NCBI GenBank assembly: GCA_964016885.1
Contig: OZ024741.1
Location: forward strand, 272,056,001 to 272,120,000
DNA from: Eledone cirrhosa
Taxonomy: Eukaryota
Direction: 5' to 3'
DNA length: 64,000 bases
Both the position numbers and the translations under genes were made by a program. Under the pieces are notes generated by a model. That model did not search any database, was not told where the DNA came from, and saw only the letters and a list, made by a program, of their open reading frames with translations. This document shows, in pieces, positions 1-14,930 of this stretch; position 1 is the stretch's first letter; every line of letters starts with the position of its first letter.

Positions 1-580
1 AGACTGAGCATAAGAGGAATCAAATGCTGCGTGCAGGAGAGGCGGTTACGCTGGTATGGACATGTGATGCGTATGAAGGATGACAGCTGCATAAAAAGGT
101 GCAGAGCACTAGAAGTTGATGGAAACCGCGGAGTGGGGAGACCCAAGATGACTTGGGATGAGGTGATAAAAGCCGACCTTACCCAACTACACCTCTCAAA
201 GTCAATGACACACGACCGTGACTTCTGGCGTCACGCAGTAATACAGGGTACCCGACCTCCCATGGGTACATGCTGAAGCATATAAACAATATGCCCCCCC
301 CCCCTCCACCGCAAGGTGGCTGTGGAGGTGCCACGGCAAAAAAGCACCCAGCCCACACTGTAAAGTGGACGTGTAGGCGCCACGAAAAAGCACCCAGCAC
401 TCACTGTAAATGAGGTTGGTGTTAGGAAGGGCATCCAGCTGTAGAAATCAAGCCAGATCAGTTCCTGTATGAGCAAGGCATGGTCAGCCGACCAGACACT
501 GCCCACAACAGGACAACCCGTCTAACCCATGCTAGCGTGGAAGAACGGACGTAAAACGGTGATGATGATGATGATGATGA
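1..580 (+). mobile_element. RTE-clade LINE, subfamily 2, 3' end (ORF C-terminus to 276, 3' UTR, (GAT)n tail)
   Basis: ORF 31-276 has RRLRWYGHVMRM...RGVGRPKMTW, the typical RTE C-terminus. The UTR contains the TGTAAA..GGTTGGTGTTAGGAAGGGCATCC motif and ends in (GAT)n at 561-580. Confidence 0.9.
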
Positions 581-584
581 TATA

Positions 585-1902
585 AGGCAAAAGTACCACA
601 GACGCTCTTTTCATTGTACGACAACTACAGGAGAAGTACCTAGCTAAAGGTAAACCCCTCTACTTAGCTTTTGTCGACTTGGAGAAAGCCTTCGACAGAG
701 TCCCCCGATCCATTATCTGGTGGGCTCTTAGAAAACTAGGTGTTGACGAATGGCTTGTGAGAGCTATACAAGCCATGTATAAGAAAGAAACAGTCAGCAA
801 GGTTAGAATTAACAACGAATATAGTGAAGAGTTTAGCGTAAAAGTTGGCGTCCATCAGGGCTCTGTTCTCAGCCCCCTACTATTTATTATTGCCCTTCAG
901 GCTATAACAGAGGAGTTCAAGACCGGCTGCCCATGGGAACTCCTATACGCAGACGACCTGACACTCATAGCTGAATCAATGGCCGAGCTAGAGAAGAAAT
1001 TCCAAACATGGAAGCACGGCCTAGAATCAAAAGGACTTAAAATTAACCTGGCTAAGACTAAAGTTCTAGTTTGTAGGAAAGAAAATAAGGCGGCGATCCC
1101 TTCTGGGAAATGGTCATGCTCAGTGTGTAGGAAAGGCGTAGGTAGAAACTCCATTTTATGTCCCAAATGCAAAGTATGGGTGCATAAAAGATGTAGTGGG
1201 ATCACAGGTAAGCTAACTAAGAACATAGATTTTACATGTGGCCGGTGCTCTGGTGCAATAAGTAGCAGCAAGTGCCCACAAAATACTAGCTCTTTCAATT
1301 GCGCAGAGGGTTCTATAGAAATAGTGGACAGCTTCCGTTACCTGGGCGATAAAATCAGCAGTGGGGGAGGGTGCTCTGAAAGTACAGTAGCTAGAGTCAG
1401 AACTGGTTGGAAAAAGTTCAGAGAGCTTATACCACTATTAGCTGCTAAAGGGTTCTCCCTACAAATGAAAGGCAGGTTGTATGATGCCTGCATACGAACA
1501 GCAATGTTGCATGGCAGTGAGACCTGGGCATTGTGTGCAGAGGATATATGCAGACTAGAGAGGAACGAAGCTTGCATGCTCCGCTGGATGTGTAACAGTA
1601 ATATACGTGAACGGCAAAGCATAAACGAACTAAGGAAAAAATTAGAAATAAGAGGGATCAGATGTTGTTTACTCGAGAGACGGCTACGTTGGTATGGACA
1701 CGTGATGCGCATGAAAGTCGATAGCTGTATAACAAAGTGCAGGGCAATAAAGATAGACGGTAGCCACGGAATAGGCAGACCTAGAAAAACCTGGGACGAG
1801 CTGATAAACTCCAACCTCACACACTTACACCTCTCCAAGACAATGTCACTGGACCGAGACCTTTGGCGGTACTCAGTAACAGAGAAGACCCGCCTTACCT
1901 AA
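585..1902 (+). CDS. Truncated RTE ORF: reverse transcriptase, PHD-like finger and C-terminal domain
   Basis: Motifs DLEKAFDRVP, GVHQGSVLSPLLF, LLYADD, FRYLG, plus CxxC..CxxCxxxxHxxC..CxxC. Confidence 0.9.
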
Positions 1903-2287
1903 ATACATAGTAAAACCTACTACAGCCAGTAGGCATCTCTAACAAAATACACCCCGTCCCACCACCCCCACCCATCCACACCACCCCGTTCTATGTAAAG
2001 TTATGTTGGTGCCGCGCCATCCAGGCCGAAACAAATGAGATCGTGTAGGTGTCACGACAAAAAAACACACAGTCCACGCTGTAATGTGGCCGTGTAGGCA
2101 ACACGGTAAAAACCTCCCAGACCCACACTGTAAATGTGGTTGGTGTTAGGAAGGGCATCCAACTGTAGAAAACCTGCCAGACAGTCCTATGCGAGCAAGA
2201 CAATCACTCTTGCCTCAAGTGAGAATACCCCCGTCCAAACCCATGCAAGCGTGGAACACGGACGTTAAACGTTGATGATGATGATGA
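585..2287 (+). mobile_element. RTE-clade LINE, subfamily 1, 5'-truncated inside the RT domain
   Basis: Near-identical to 50777-52502. (GAT)n tail at 2274-2287, followed by (TA)n. Confidence 0.95.
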
Positions 2288-5198
<2,911 letters not shown>

Positions 5199-5548
5199 TG
5201 CAAAAGTTCTATTTAAATTGTTGGGATACAACAAGTAAATATTTTTATAACTGATATAAAGCACTCGACAAGTATTTGGAGTAGATATACGATATTAACA
5301 AATGGAAACTATATTTATAAAACCATATTTATTTCATTATACATATTTCAAGGATAGTCTATCCTGAGGGCTTCCAAAAGTAACGGTCGCATTTTGAAAG
5401 GGTACGTGAATGTTTATTTATAAAACTGGTATATATTGTATTTTGTCTGATGAAGGCATACCATAATTTAACTTGGTATCCTTGAAATATGTATAATGAA
5501 ATAAATATGGTTTTATCAATATAGTTTCCATTTGTTAATATTGTATAT
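5199..5548. mobile_element. Penelope-like pLTR fold-back cassette, family A
   Basis: 5290-5355 is the reverse complement of 5477-5545. Contains an HHR and is flanked by (TA)n. Homologous to 6179-6568, 10975-11243 and 20177-20340. Confidence 0.75.
5439..5503 (+). ncRNA. Minimal type I hammerhead ribozyme (family A)
   Basis: Helix I UAUUUUGU/AUGAAAUA; CUGAUGA at 5447; helix II AGG.AUACC/GGUAU.CCU; GAAA at 5484; helix III UAUGUA; cleavage triplet AUA. Confidence 0.85.
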
Positions 5549-5684
5549 TATATATATATATTATATATATATATTATATATATATTATATATATATATTA
5601 TATATATTATATATATATATTATATATATATATATATTATATATATTATATAATATATATATATTATATATATATATATATTAT

Positions 5685-6034
5685 GGAGGCACATGGCTTA
5701 GTGGTTAGAGCATTGGCCTTGCAACCGAAAGGTTGTGAGTTCAATTCTCAGACCGGGTGATGTGTTGTTTCCTTGAGCAAGACACTTTATTTCACATTGC
5801 TCCAGTTTACTCAGCTGTAGAAATGAGATGATAGGGACTGGGGTCCCTATCATTCCACTGTAAAGTGGTCGTGGAGGTGCCACGGCAAAAAAAGCACCCA
5901 GCACTCACTGTAAATGAGGTTGGTGTTAGGAAGGGCATCCAGCTGTAGAAATCAAGCCAGAATCAGTTCCCGTCCCACCCTTGCAAGCAGGGAAAAGCGG
6001 ACGTAAAATGATGATGATGATGATGATGATGATG
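5685..6034 (+). mobile_element. tRNA-derived CORE-SINE with an RTE-derived 3' tail
   Basis: Pol III A box (TGGCTTAGTGG) and B box (GAGTTCAATTC); CORE-like TTGAGCAAGACACTT..CAGTTTACTCAGCTGTAGAAATG; 3' part matches the LINE UTR at 325-460; (GAT)n tail. Confidence 0.85.
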
Positions 6035-6310
6035 ATTATATATATATATATTATATATATATATATATATTATATATATTATATAATATATATATATATT
6101 ATATATATATTATATATATATATTATATATATATATATTATATATATATATATATATATTATATAATATATATATATATGTAAAAGTTCTATTTAAAATT
6201 GTTGGGATACAACAAGTAAATATTTTTATAACTGATATAAAGCACTCGACAAATTTTTGGAGTAGATATACGATATTAATAAATGGAAACTATATTTATA
6301 AAACCATATT

Positions 6311-6375
6311 TATTTCATTATACATATTTCAGGGATACCACATTAAATTATGGTATGCCTTCATCAGACAAAATA
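6311..6375 (-). ncRNA. Minimal hammerhead ribozyme (family A)
   Basis: Reverse complement of 6457-6521; TCATCAG at 6361-6367. Confidence 0.85.
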
Positions 6376-6456
6376 CAATATATAACAGTTTTACAAATAG
6401 GTTTGACGTACCCTTTAAAATACAACCATTACTATTTGTAAAACTGTTATATATTG

Positions 6457-6521
6457 TATTTTGTCTGATGAAGGCATACCATAATTTAATGTGGTATCCC
6501 TGAAATATGTATAATGAAATA
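6457..6521 (+). ncRNA. Minimal hammerhead ribozyme (family A)
   Basis: UAUUUUGU-CUGAUGA(6465)-AGGCAUACCA..UGGUAUCCCU-GAAA(6502)-UAUGUA-UA-AUGAAAUA. Confidence 0.85.
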
Positions 6522-6565
6522 AATATGGTTTTATAAATATAGTTTCCATTTATTAATATCGTATA

Positions 6566-6608
<43 letters not shown>

Positions 6609-6672
6609 TATATATATTATATATACAAATGCACACATATATTTACATATCTACACGCAGACACTCTATATC

Positions 6673-6860
6673 AAACATGTTTAGTCTAGAAATGGCTTCT
6701 ACAGGACTAGAACTGTTTCATTCAAAAGAAATCATCAGGGCTTTCCTGGTGATTTATTTTGAATGAAACAGTTCTAGTCCCGTAGAAGCTATTCTTATAT
6801 TAAACATGATGTTTACATTCTACTAATGTATTGAATACCTTACGGTGGTTCAAATTTTCA
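6673..6860. mobile_element. Family B fold-back cassette with two inverted HHR motifs
   Basis: Minus strand reads CUGAUGA-UUUC-UUUU-GAAU-GAAA-CAG-UUCUAGUC-CUG-UA-GAAGC (6695-6738). The plus copy at 6741-6789 has a mutated core (CUGGUGA). Confidence 0.7.
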
Positions 6861-6904
6861 TTGCATTTATTGAGGTGTGACGCGCGTTCGCGATTGACCA
6901 GCTC

Positions 6905-6943
<39 letters not shown>

Positions 6944-7382
6944 TCATCGTTTAACGTCTATCTTACACACACACACGCACACGCAAAAATGTATAAACAC
7001 TTTGATTACCTGTACAGGCAATATTTATTAGAATGCTGTTGAAGTGTGTGTATACGTTTTTGGGACACCCTGTATGTCCAAATTTAGGTGTTCTGTTGGT
7101 ATTAGGGCCATTACCATCCTCCGGGGAAACGCTTTCTCCATTCTGTCCGCCGGAGCTGTGGGAAGGCCAGCATGTAGGACCCCATTTGCTCACCGTTCGG
7201 AGAGATGGAGAGGGCGAGAGAGATGGAGGCGATGACAGTGGGAGTTCGGTTGTTCTTTCATGTTTACTTAGGTTACTATTTTCTAATGTATAATCTCCAT
7301 CAGTATAATAAATATATTTTTGCTTCTGTTTTAAAGGCAATGATTACATTGTGTCTTTTCATTTGCTGGGTTAACTTGATGG

Positions 7383-7590
7383 CTGTCATCACCATCATGA
7401 TCATCATTATCACAATCATCATCACCATCATCATCATCATAATCACCATCACCATCATCATCGTGATCATCACTATCATGACCACCATCATGATGATCAT
7501 CATCACCATTACTCTCATCATCACTATAGTCATCACCATCATCAGCATTGTCATCATCACCATCACCACCAACATCATCATCATCACTAT
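7383..7590. repeat. (CAT/CAC)n degenerate microsatellite
   Basis: Direct reading of the sequence. Confidence 0.95.
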
Positions 7591-7594
7591 TGTT

Positions 7595-7745
7595 TCAGTA
7601 AACTCAGCTGAAAATGAGTATCAGCATATAGCTGGGGGTTTAACCCTGCAAGGGACTGGTAACCTGTCCAGTGGGGAGTGGGGTCTTCTTCTCTCAGCTA
7701 CTTCACGCCACGGAAACCAGTATAGGCACCGGCCTGATGAGACTC
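7595..7745 (+). mobile_element. SINE internal fragment (V/Meta-domain-like)
   Basis: GGGGTTTAACCCTGCAAGGGACTGGTAACCTGTCCAG...CTTCACGCCACGGAAACC resembles, from memory, conserved invertebrate SINE cores. Confidence 0.4.
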
Positions 7746-7747
7746 GA

Positions 7748-10418
7748 GATGATGTTGGTGATAGTGGTGATGGTGGTGGTGGTAGTAGTGGTGATGGTGG
7801 TGGTGGTAGTGGTGGTGATGGTGGTGGTAGTGGTGGTGATGGTGGTGGTGGTAGTGATGGTGGTGGTGGTAGTAGTGGTGATGGTGGTGGTGGTAGTGGT
7901 GATGGTGGTGGTGGTAGTGGTGATGGTGGTGGTGGTAGTAGTGTTGGTGGTGGTGGTGGTAGTAGTGGTGATGGTGGTGGTGGTAGTGGTGATGGTGGTG
8001 GTGGTAGTGGTGGTGGTGGTGGTAGTAGTGATGATGGTGGTGGTGGTAGTGGTGATGGTGGTGGTGGTAGTAGTGATGATGGTGGTGGTGGTAGTAGTGG
8101 TGATGATGGTGGTGGTAGTAGTGGTGATGGTGGTGGTGGTAGTAGTGGTGATGGTGTTGGTGGTAGTAGTGGTGATGGTGGTGGTGGTAGTAGTGGTGGT
8201 GGTGGTGGTGGTGGTGGTGGTAGTAGTGATGATGGTGGTGGTGGTAGTGGTGATGATGGTGGTGGTGGTAGTGGTGATGGTGGTGGTGGTAGTAGTGGTG
8301 ATGGTGGTGGTGGTGGTAGTGGTGATGGTGGTGGTGGTAGTAGTGGTGATGGTGGTGGTGGTGGTAGTGGTGATGGTGGTGGTGGTGGTAGTAGTGGTGA
8401 TGTGATGGTGGTAGTAGTGGTGATGATGGTGGTGGTGGTAGTGGTGATGGTGGTGGTGGTAGTAGTGGTGATGGTGGTGGTGGTAGTAGTGGTGATGATG
8501 GTGGTGGTGGTAGTGGTGATGGTGGTGGTGGTAGTAGTGGTGATGGTGGTGGTGGTAGTGGTGATGATGTTGCTGGTAGTAGTGGTAATGATGTTGGTGA
8601 TAGTAGTGGTGATGGTGGTGGTGGTAGTAGTGGTGATGATGTTGGTGGTGGTAGTAGTGATGGTGGTAGTGGTGATGGTGGTGGTGGTGGTGGTAGTGGT
8701 GATGGTGGTGGTAGTAGTGGTGATGGTGGTGGTGGTGGTAGTGGTGATGGTGGTGATGGTGGTAGTGGTGATGATGGTGGTGGTAGTAGTGGTAATGATG
8801 TTGGTGGTAGTGGTGATGGTGGTGGTGGTAGTAGTGGTGATGGTGGTGGTGGTAGTAGTGGTAATGATGTTGGTGGTAGTGGTGATGGTGGTGGTGGTAG
8901 TGGTGATGGTGGTGGTGGTAGTAGTGGTGATGGTGGTGGTGGTAGTAGTGGTGATGGTGGTGGTGGTAGTAATGGTGATGTGGTGGTGGTAGTAGTGGTG
9001 ATGGTGGTGGTGGTAGTAATGGTGATGGTGGTGGTGGTAGTAGTGGTGATGGTGGTGGTGGTAGTAGTGGTGATGATGGTGGTGGTGGTAGTGGTGATGG
9101 TGGTGGTGGTAGTAGTGGTGATGGTGGTGGTGGTAGTAGTGGTAATGATGTTGGTGATAGTGGTGATGGTGGTAGTGGTGATGGTGGTGGTGATGGTGGT
9201 GGTGGTAGTAGTGGTGATGATGTTGGTGATAGTGGTGATGGTGGTGGTGGTAGTAATGGTGATGTGGTGGTGGTAGTAGTGGTGATGATGTTGCTGGTAG
9301 TAGTGGTGATGGTGGTGGTGGTAGTAGTGGTGATGGTGGTGGTGGTAGTAGTGATGATGATGGTGGTGGTAGTAGTGGTGATGGTGGTGGTGGTAGTAGT
9401 GGTGATGGTGGTGGTGGTGGTAGTGGTGATGGTGGTGGTGGTAGTAGTGGTGATGGTGGTGGTGGTAGTGGTGATGGTGGTGGTGGTAGTAGTGGTGATG
9501 ATGGTGGTGGTAGTAGTGGTGATGGAGTTAGTGGTAGTAGTGGTGATGGTGGTGGTGGTAGTAGTGATGATGATGGTGGTGGTAGTAGTGGTGATGGTGG
9601 TGGTGGTAGTAGTGGTGATGATGGTGGGGGTAGTAGTGGTGATGGTGGTGGTGGTAGTAGTGGTGATGGTGGTGGTGGTAGTAGTGGTGATGATGGTGGT
9701 GGTAGTAGTGGTGATGGAGTTAGTGGTAGTAGTGGTGATGGTGGTGGTGGTAGTAGTGATGATGATGGTGGTGGTAGTAGTGGTGATGATGGTGGTGGTA
9801 GTAGTGGTGATGGTGGTGGTGATGGTGTTAGTGGTAGTAGTGGTGGTGGTGGTGGTAATAGTGATGGTGGTGGTGGTAGTAGTGGTGATGATGGTGGTGG
9901 TAGTAGTGGTGATGATGGTGGTGGTAGTAGTGGTGATGGTGGTGGTGGTAGTAGTGGTGATGGTGGTGGTGGTAGTAGTGGTGATGATGGTGGTGATAGT
10001 GGTGATGGTGGTGGTGGTAGTAGTGGTGATGATGGTGGTGGTAGTAGTGGTGATGATGGTGGCGGTAGTAGTGGTGATGGTGGTGGTGGTAGTAGTGGTG
10101 ATGATGTTGGTGGTGGTAGTAGTGGTGATGGTGGTGGTGATAGTAGTGGTGATGGAGTTAGTGGTAGTAGTGGTGATGATGTTGGAGGTTGTAGTGGTGA
10201 TGATGTTGGTGGTAGTAGTGGTGATGATGTTGGTGATAGTAGTGGTGATGGTGGTGGGGGTGTTGCTGATGTTGGTCGTGGTGATGATGGTGGCAGTGGA
10301 GGTTGTGGTGGTGGTGGTGATGTTGTTGTTGGTGGTAGTGGTGGTGATGGTGGTAATAGTGGTGGGGGTGGTGGTGGTGGTCGTCGTGGTTGTAGTGTTT
10401 TGGTTATGGTGGTGGTGT
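7748..10418. repeat. About 2.7 kb (GGT/GAT/AGT)n trinucleotide-based minisatellite
   Basis: Recurring higher-order unit GGTGGTGGTAGTAGTGGTGAT. Confidence 0.97.
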
Positions 10419-10519
10419 TAATATAGTAGACTGTCCGATTCATTGTCTTTGTGTACGCGCTAAAAATATGGGTTATGCGCAGGTACAGAGGAAATTCAGC
10501 ACAACCCCAAATGTTGTCC

Positions 10520-10870
10520 ATTAATCCTAACCCTTATCGCCTAAGTTAAAAACTAACTCCAACAACCCCAAACCCTAAACTTGATCTCGAACCCTAACTC
10601 GTGCCCCTAATTCTATCAGAACCCCCAAACCTAATTTTGATCCCAAACCAGAACCTAAAATTTTAAACTTGACCCGAAAGCATAACTTAAGCCTCTAATT
10701 CTAACAGAACCTAAAAAACCCTAAACTCGACTGGGCACCCTAACTTTAGCTTCTCATTCTACCAGAACCCAAAACTTGACTGGGAACCCTAACTTTAGCT
10801 CCTCATTCTAACAGAACCCCAAACCCACCCTTGACACCGAACCCTAACTCTAACCCCTAATTCTAATAGA
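10520..10870. repeat. Degenerate tandem repeat (about 50-58 bp) rich in AACCCTAA
   Basis: Recurring ACCCTAACT...ATTCTAxCAGAACCC...AAACTTGAC units. Confidence 0.75.
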
Positions 10871-10938
10871 AAAGGAAATAACTTTAGGCAAGTCTCTTCT
10901 ACGATAGCCTTGGGATGAGGGAAACTGTGCTGAAGCCC

Positions 10939-10975
<37 letters not shown>

Positions 10976-11044
10976 TATCCACCGAACTTTCAACCGTCAA
11001 GGTTGTTTTCCACGGTTATGTCAATATTTATAAAACAAATTTTG

Positions 11045-11109
11045 TATTTTATCTGATGAAAGCGCACCAAGGCTGCATTGGTTTCCCTTGAAATATATAT
11101 AATAAAATA
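11045..11109 (+). ncRNA. Minimal hammerhead ribozyme (family A) in cassette 10975-11243
   Basis: UAUUUUAU/AUAAAAUA helix I; CUGAUGA at 11053; AAG..ACCAA/UUGGU..CUU helix II; GAAA at 11090; palindromic UAUAUA; triplet AUA. Confidence 0.85.
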
Positions 11110-11312
11110 ATTATGGTTTTATAAATATAGTTTCCATTTATATATATATTGAATATTTACTCCATTTAATCGTCGAGTGCTTTATATAAGTTATAAACTT
11201 TTAAGTTTGTTGGAATCCCAACAAATTAAATATAACTTCTGCATATATATATATATATATATATGAAAGACGTAAAATAAGAAAATTATAATAATTAACT
11301 TCGTTAAGTTTC

Positions 11313-11390
11313 ACTCCAACTAATTAGTTTCTGAAAGGGGATATACATAGTGTTCAAAACCATGGAGAATTCCTTTCTTCATCAGGGAGT
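11313..11390 (-). ncRNA. Hammerhead ribozyme (family D)
   Basis: ACUCC-CUGAUGA-A-GAAAGG...CCUUUC-A-GAAA-CUAAUUAG(palindrome)-UU-GGAGU. Confidence 0.8.
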
Positions 11391-11713
11391 CAATTCTCGG
11401 CTAAGATCCCTGGCGATAGGCGGACACAGGGAGCTCACTACAAAAATAATTCAGTGAATGGAAAAAAAGCAAGCGCGGACTAAATTTCAAGACACTGAAA
11501 ATTTCACTACCTTCCCGGTCAGTGGCAAATTCAAAAGAATCAATCACGTGACATCGAGGTTAATCTATATCGAGGTTAAAAACCTATATCTTGCTAGCAT
11601 AAGTATACTTCTGTATAAATATGTTGGTAGATATACTAATTCTTTATATATATATATATATATATCGTTTTTATAAGCAACTTTATAGCATCACTGCGTG
11701 TGAACACATCATT

Positions 11714-11757
<44 letters not shown>

Positions 11758-11959
11758 ACATACGTGTGTGTGTAAAGAGTAAAGACCGCCATCGGTCACG
11801 AATGATCATGGGTTTTGCCCATAGAAAGTTCTCCTCCAAGGCATTATCTCGGGCAAGATGTTTTTGTTGAAGACCAACAGGGCCGTAACTAAATGCTGTA
11901 ATGTATTTCATCTCACGCTCTACCGATTCTCTCAATCCGCCGCCCTACATCAAGTTAAT

Positions 11960-12147
11960 AATTGTTTCTACTTTTGGCACAAGGCCAGCAATTACCCAGT
12001 ACATTACTGGTATTTTATTTTATCGACCCCGTAAGGATGAAAGGCAAAGTTAACCTCGGCGGGATTTGAACTCAGACCATAATGGGACGTAACCATGCTA
12101 GAAAGCATGGCGTCCAACCCTCTACCGATACTGCCAATTCACCCCAC
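11960..12147 (-). mobile_element. tRNA-derived SINE with a Nin/Deu-like domain
   Basis: B box GAGTTCAAATCC followed by GCCTTTCATCCTTACGGGGTCGATAAAATAAA.TACCAG; more than 10 copies in the window. Confidence 0.8.
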
Positions 12148-12590
12148 ATCAAGTTAATAATGATAGAATTAATTATATTACTAAATCCCTCCAAATTCCT
12201 GATTGTTTTCAAATGATTTGAAAACAATAGGCAGTGTCTTTCATTAGAAATATGGAAACGGAAGGGTTAAAGTATTAATATTTGTCTAAAAGCTTTCAAT
12301 CACAATATTACATAAGAACCTGTGTTAAGTTATGTTCCAAACATTAGCTTAATAATGACAATGTTAGTTATATTACTAAATCCCTTCAAATTCTTGATCA
12401 TTGTCAAAAGGATTTGAAAATCATAAGCAGCGTCTTTCATTGGAAATGTAACGAAAGAGTTAAAGAAAAAAAAACAATAAACCAGTAAACAGAATATAAA
12501 ATAGACAACAAAGACTAATTATGTATAAATCAAAAATTAAACTAATTATATATAAATCAGGGCGGCAAATTGACAGAGTCGTTAGAACGT

Positions 12591-12907
12591 CGGGGTTCTC
12601 AACCTGGTCCATGTGGATCACTAGTGGTCCACAGGAAAATTCAGGTGGTCCACAGAAAATTTTCTGACATGCATTTGACTTAAAGCGCTGTTGTTATTCT
12701 TCACATAAGTACGACTTCAGCTGTTTATTTGCGTAGATTTTTAGGCACTGCCACATGATAATAGCATTTTCTAATTCATTGAAAAAAAACATCTACTGAT
12801 GCTTATAAGTAGCAGTTCTATTACAAAAGATTTTAAAGTTTAGGTGGTCCACAGGAAAAAATTACTTATTTTGGTGGTCCACAGCGAAAAAAGGTTGAGA
12901 ACCCCTG
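12591..12907. mobile_element. MITE (hAT-like TIRs) inserted into a Nin-type SINE (12560-13020)
   Basis: TIRs GGGGTTCTCAACCT / AGGTTGAGAACCCC, internal GTGGTCCAC repeats, and SINE halves on either side. No clear TSD. Confidence 0.75.
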
Positions 12908-13141
12908 GGATAGAATGCTTTGCGATATTCGTTTCGTCTCTCTGCGTTTAAATCCCGCCGAGGTCAACTTTGTCTTTCATCCATTTAAAGTCGATAAAAA
13001 AAGTACCAGTCTAGTACGTGCCCTCCTTGGCGGTGCCTTGGATTCTCTGTGAGAGAAGTTGGGCAGCCGCTTTCGTGCTGGTGCATTTGTCGCTTCAGCC
13101 CGACTGACACACACACGCGCGCGCGCGCACACGCGCGCACG

Positions 13142-13173
<32 letters not shown>

Positions 13174-13918
13174 CACACACACACGTGTGTGTGTGACTTG
13201 TAAAAGACGGTCACATCAGTTTCTGCTTATCAGCTATGATATGGGATTCATTGTAGTTTCGGATTCTTTAATGACAGCATGAACCTAATATAACTGTTGC
13301 ATGCCTGTGTTTGTTTTGTTTCATCTATCATCTCTCTCTCTATATATATATATATGTGCGTGTGTGTGTAAGTAATAATTTAAATCACATTAAAAATGTC
13401 TTTAGACATTATTAAAATGATTTGACGTACCATCTTAGGTTGTCAATTGATTTACAAGTAAATTATTATGTTCTGTATTATTCCATTAATGAATGGGTTT
13501 CATACCCACCTTATTCAGCTTCTATGTGTGTATGTATGAATATGTTTATATATATATATATAAACAAATAGTAAAAAGGAAAAAAAATACAGTAGAAAGT
13601 GGTAGAGGGATTTTTTCAGTATTACATCAAAACAATATTGTGTGCGATAACTATGTAGGATGGAACCCTTACTATGAAAATATGGTGGTATATGTGGAGT
13701 GGTGCTAATGCTGGAAGGTTAAGGAAGACTTCTTAGAAACACCCACACTGCAGATATATATATTTGTAAATGCTAGTCTTTAATATATGTCGACATTTTC
13801 TGTAACCCTAGGAAGTTCCGTGTCTTATTTATCGACCTTGGATCCGGTCTGCTTCATAGAAGCCCTTATTTTCACAAATATCTCCCATCACCAATCAAAT
13901 ATCTGTTGTTATATTACT

Positions 13919-14105
13919 GTGGATTGGCAGTATCGGTAGAGTGTCGGACGCCATGCTTTCCAGCATAGTTACGTCCCTTTACGATCTGAGTTCAAATCCC
14001 GCCGAAGTTGACTTTGCCTTTCATCCTTACGGGGTCGATAAAATAAAGTACCAGTAATGCACTGGATATTTGCTGGCCTTGTGCCTACAGTAGAAACAGT
14101 TATAT
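13919..14105 (+). mobile_element. Nin/Deu-type SINE
   Basis: Same consensus as 11960-12147. Confidence 0.8.
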
Positions 14106-14464
14106 TACTAAATCCCTCCAAATTCTTGATTATTTTCAAAATCAATTGAAAGTCATAGGGACAGAATTTTTCATTCGTTACAAATACGGCAGCGAAAGGG
14201 CTTAAAGTATCATTGTGAGATTGTCCCATAGAGGAGATAGGTTTGGATTTGTTCATAACATAAAACTCCTGATACATTTCTTTACTAGAACGAACTAACG
14301 AGAGTATACAGAATATAATTAAAAATGAAAATAAATCTATTCCACATGCCAGCACCATAAATGAAACTTAAGGGTCAATCTGCCTTGTGGTCCCTGCCGA
14401 CAGGATGGGGAAGACATTGCCGTGGAGGATGATGCGGGAGACGTGCTGGAACAGCCACTCCAAC

Positions 14465-14930
14465 TTGTGGGGGATCGCATTTCCGAGCAATCAACTCCAC
14501 TCCGATTGCAGTGAGGAGGGATGTGATCCAGGAGAAGAAGAACGCCGGAGATCTCTACTGCCTCAGGTTTGACAAGAAGTCATTCCACTTTAAAGGGCTC
14601 ACTCCTGTGGGTAGGCAACTCCTCTCCAATAGCAGTGAATGGGGATCTGGTTGGGGGGCGGGGGTCCCTGGAAGTCTCTACTGCCATAGGTCTGATAAGT
14701 TATTTCACTTTATGGGGCTCACTCCTGTGGGTAGCCGACTCCGCCCTGATAGCAATAAGTAGGGATCTTGTCCGAGGACCAAGAATGTCGGAGGTATCTA
14801 CTGCTATAGGTCTGACAAGAAGTCACTTCGCTTCATGGGGCTCAGTCCTGTGGGTAGCCAACTCCACCTCGATTGCAGTGAGTAGGGATGTAGTCCAGGA
14901 GCTCCAAGAACGCCGGAAGTCTCCACTGTC
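14465..14930. repeat. About 120-bp tandem repeat, about 4 degenerate units
   Basis: CTCACTCCTGTGGGTAG recurs near 14598, 14718 and 14841. Confidence 0.8.

Larger units (their letters stand above)
6179..6568. mobile_element. Penelope-like pLTR fold-back cassette, family A, with two divergent HHRs
   Basis: About 130 bp inverted repeat (6268-6399 vs 6433-6564), flanked by (TA)n. Confidence 0.8.

Noticed and set aside
897-1838. Antisense ORFs over the RTE copies
   Set aside because: Shadow frames of the RT ORF with no independent motifs.
5685-5760. tRNA gene
   Set aside because: The tRNA-like head continues into the CORE domain and LINE tail, so it is a SINE.
7734-7745. CTGATGA hits at 7734, 19418, 19463 and 58694
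   Set aside because: No downstream helix II-GAAA-UH arrangement or helix I pairing.
7205-10521. Gly-rich, Val-rich and Pro-rich (extensin-like) ORFs of up to 966 aa
   Set aside because: Stop-free trinucleotide repeat open in several frames, with frameshifts and no domain or splice support.
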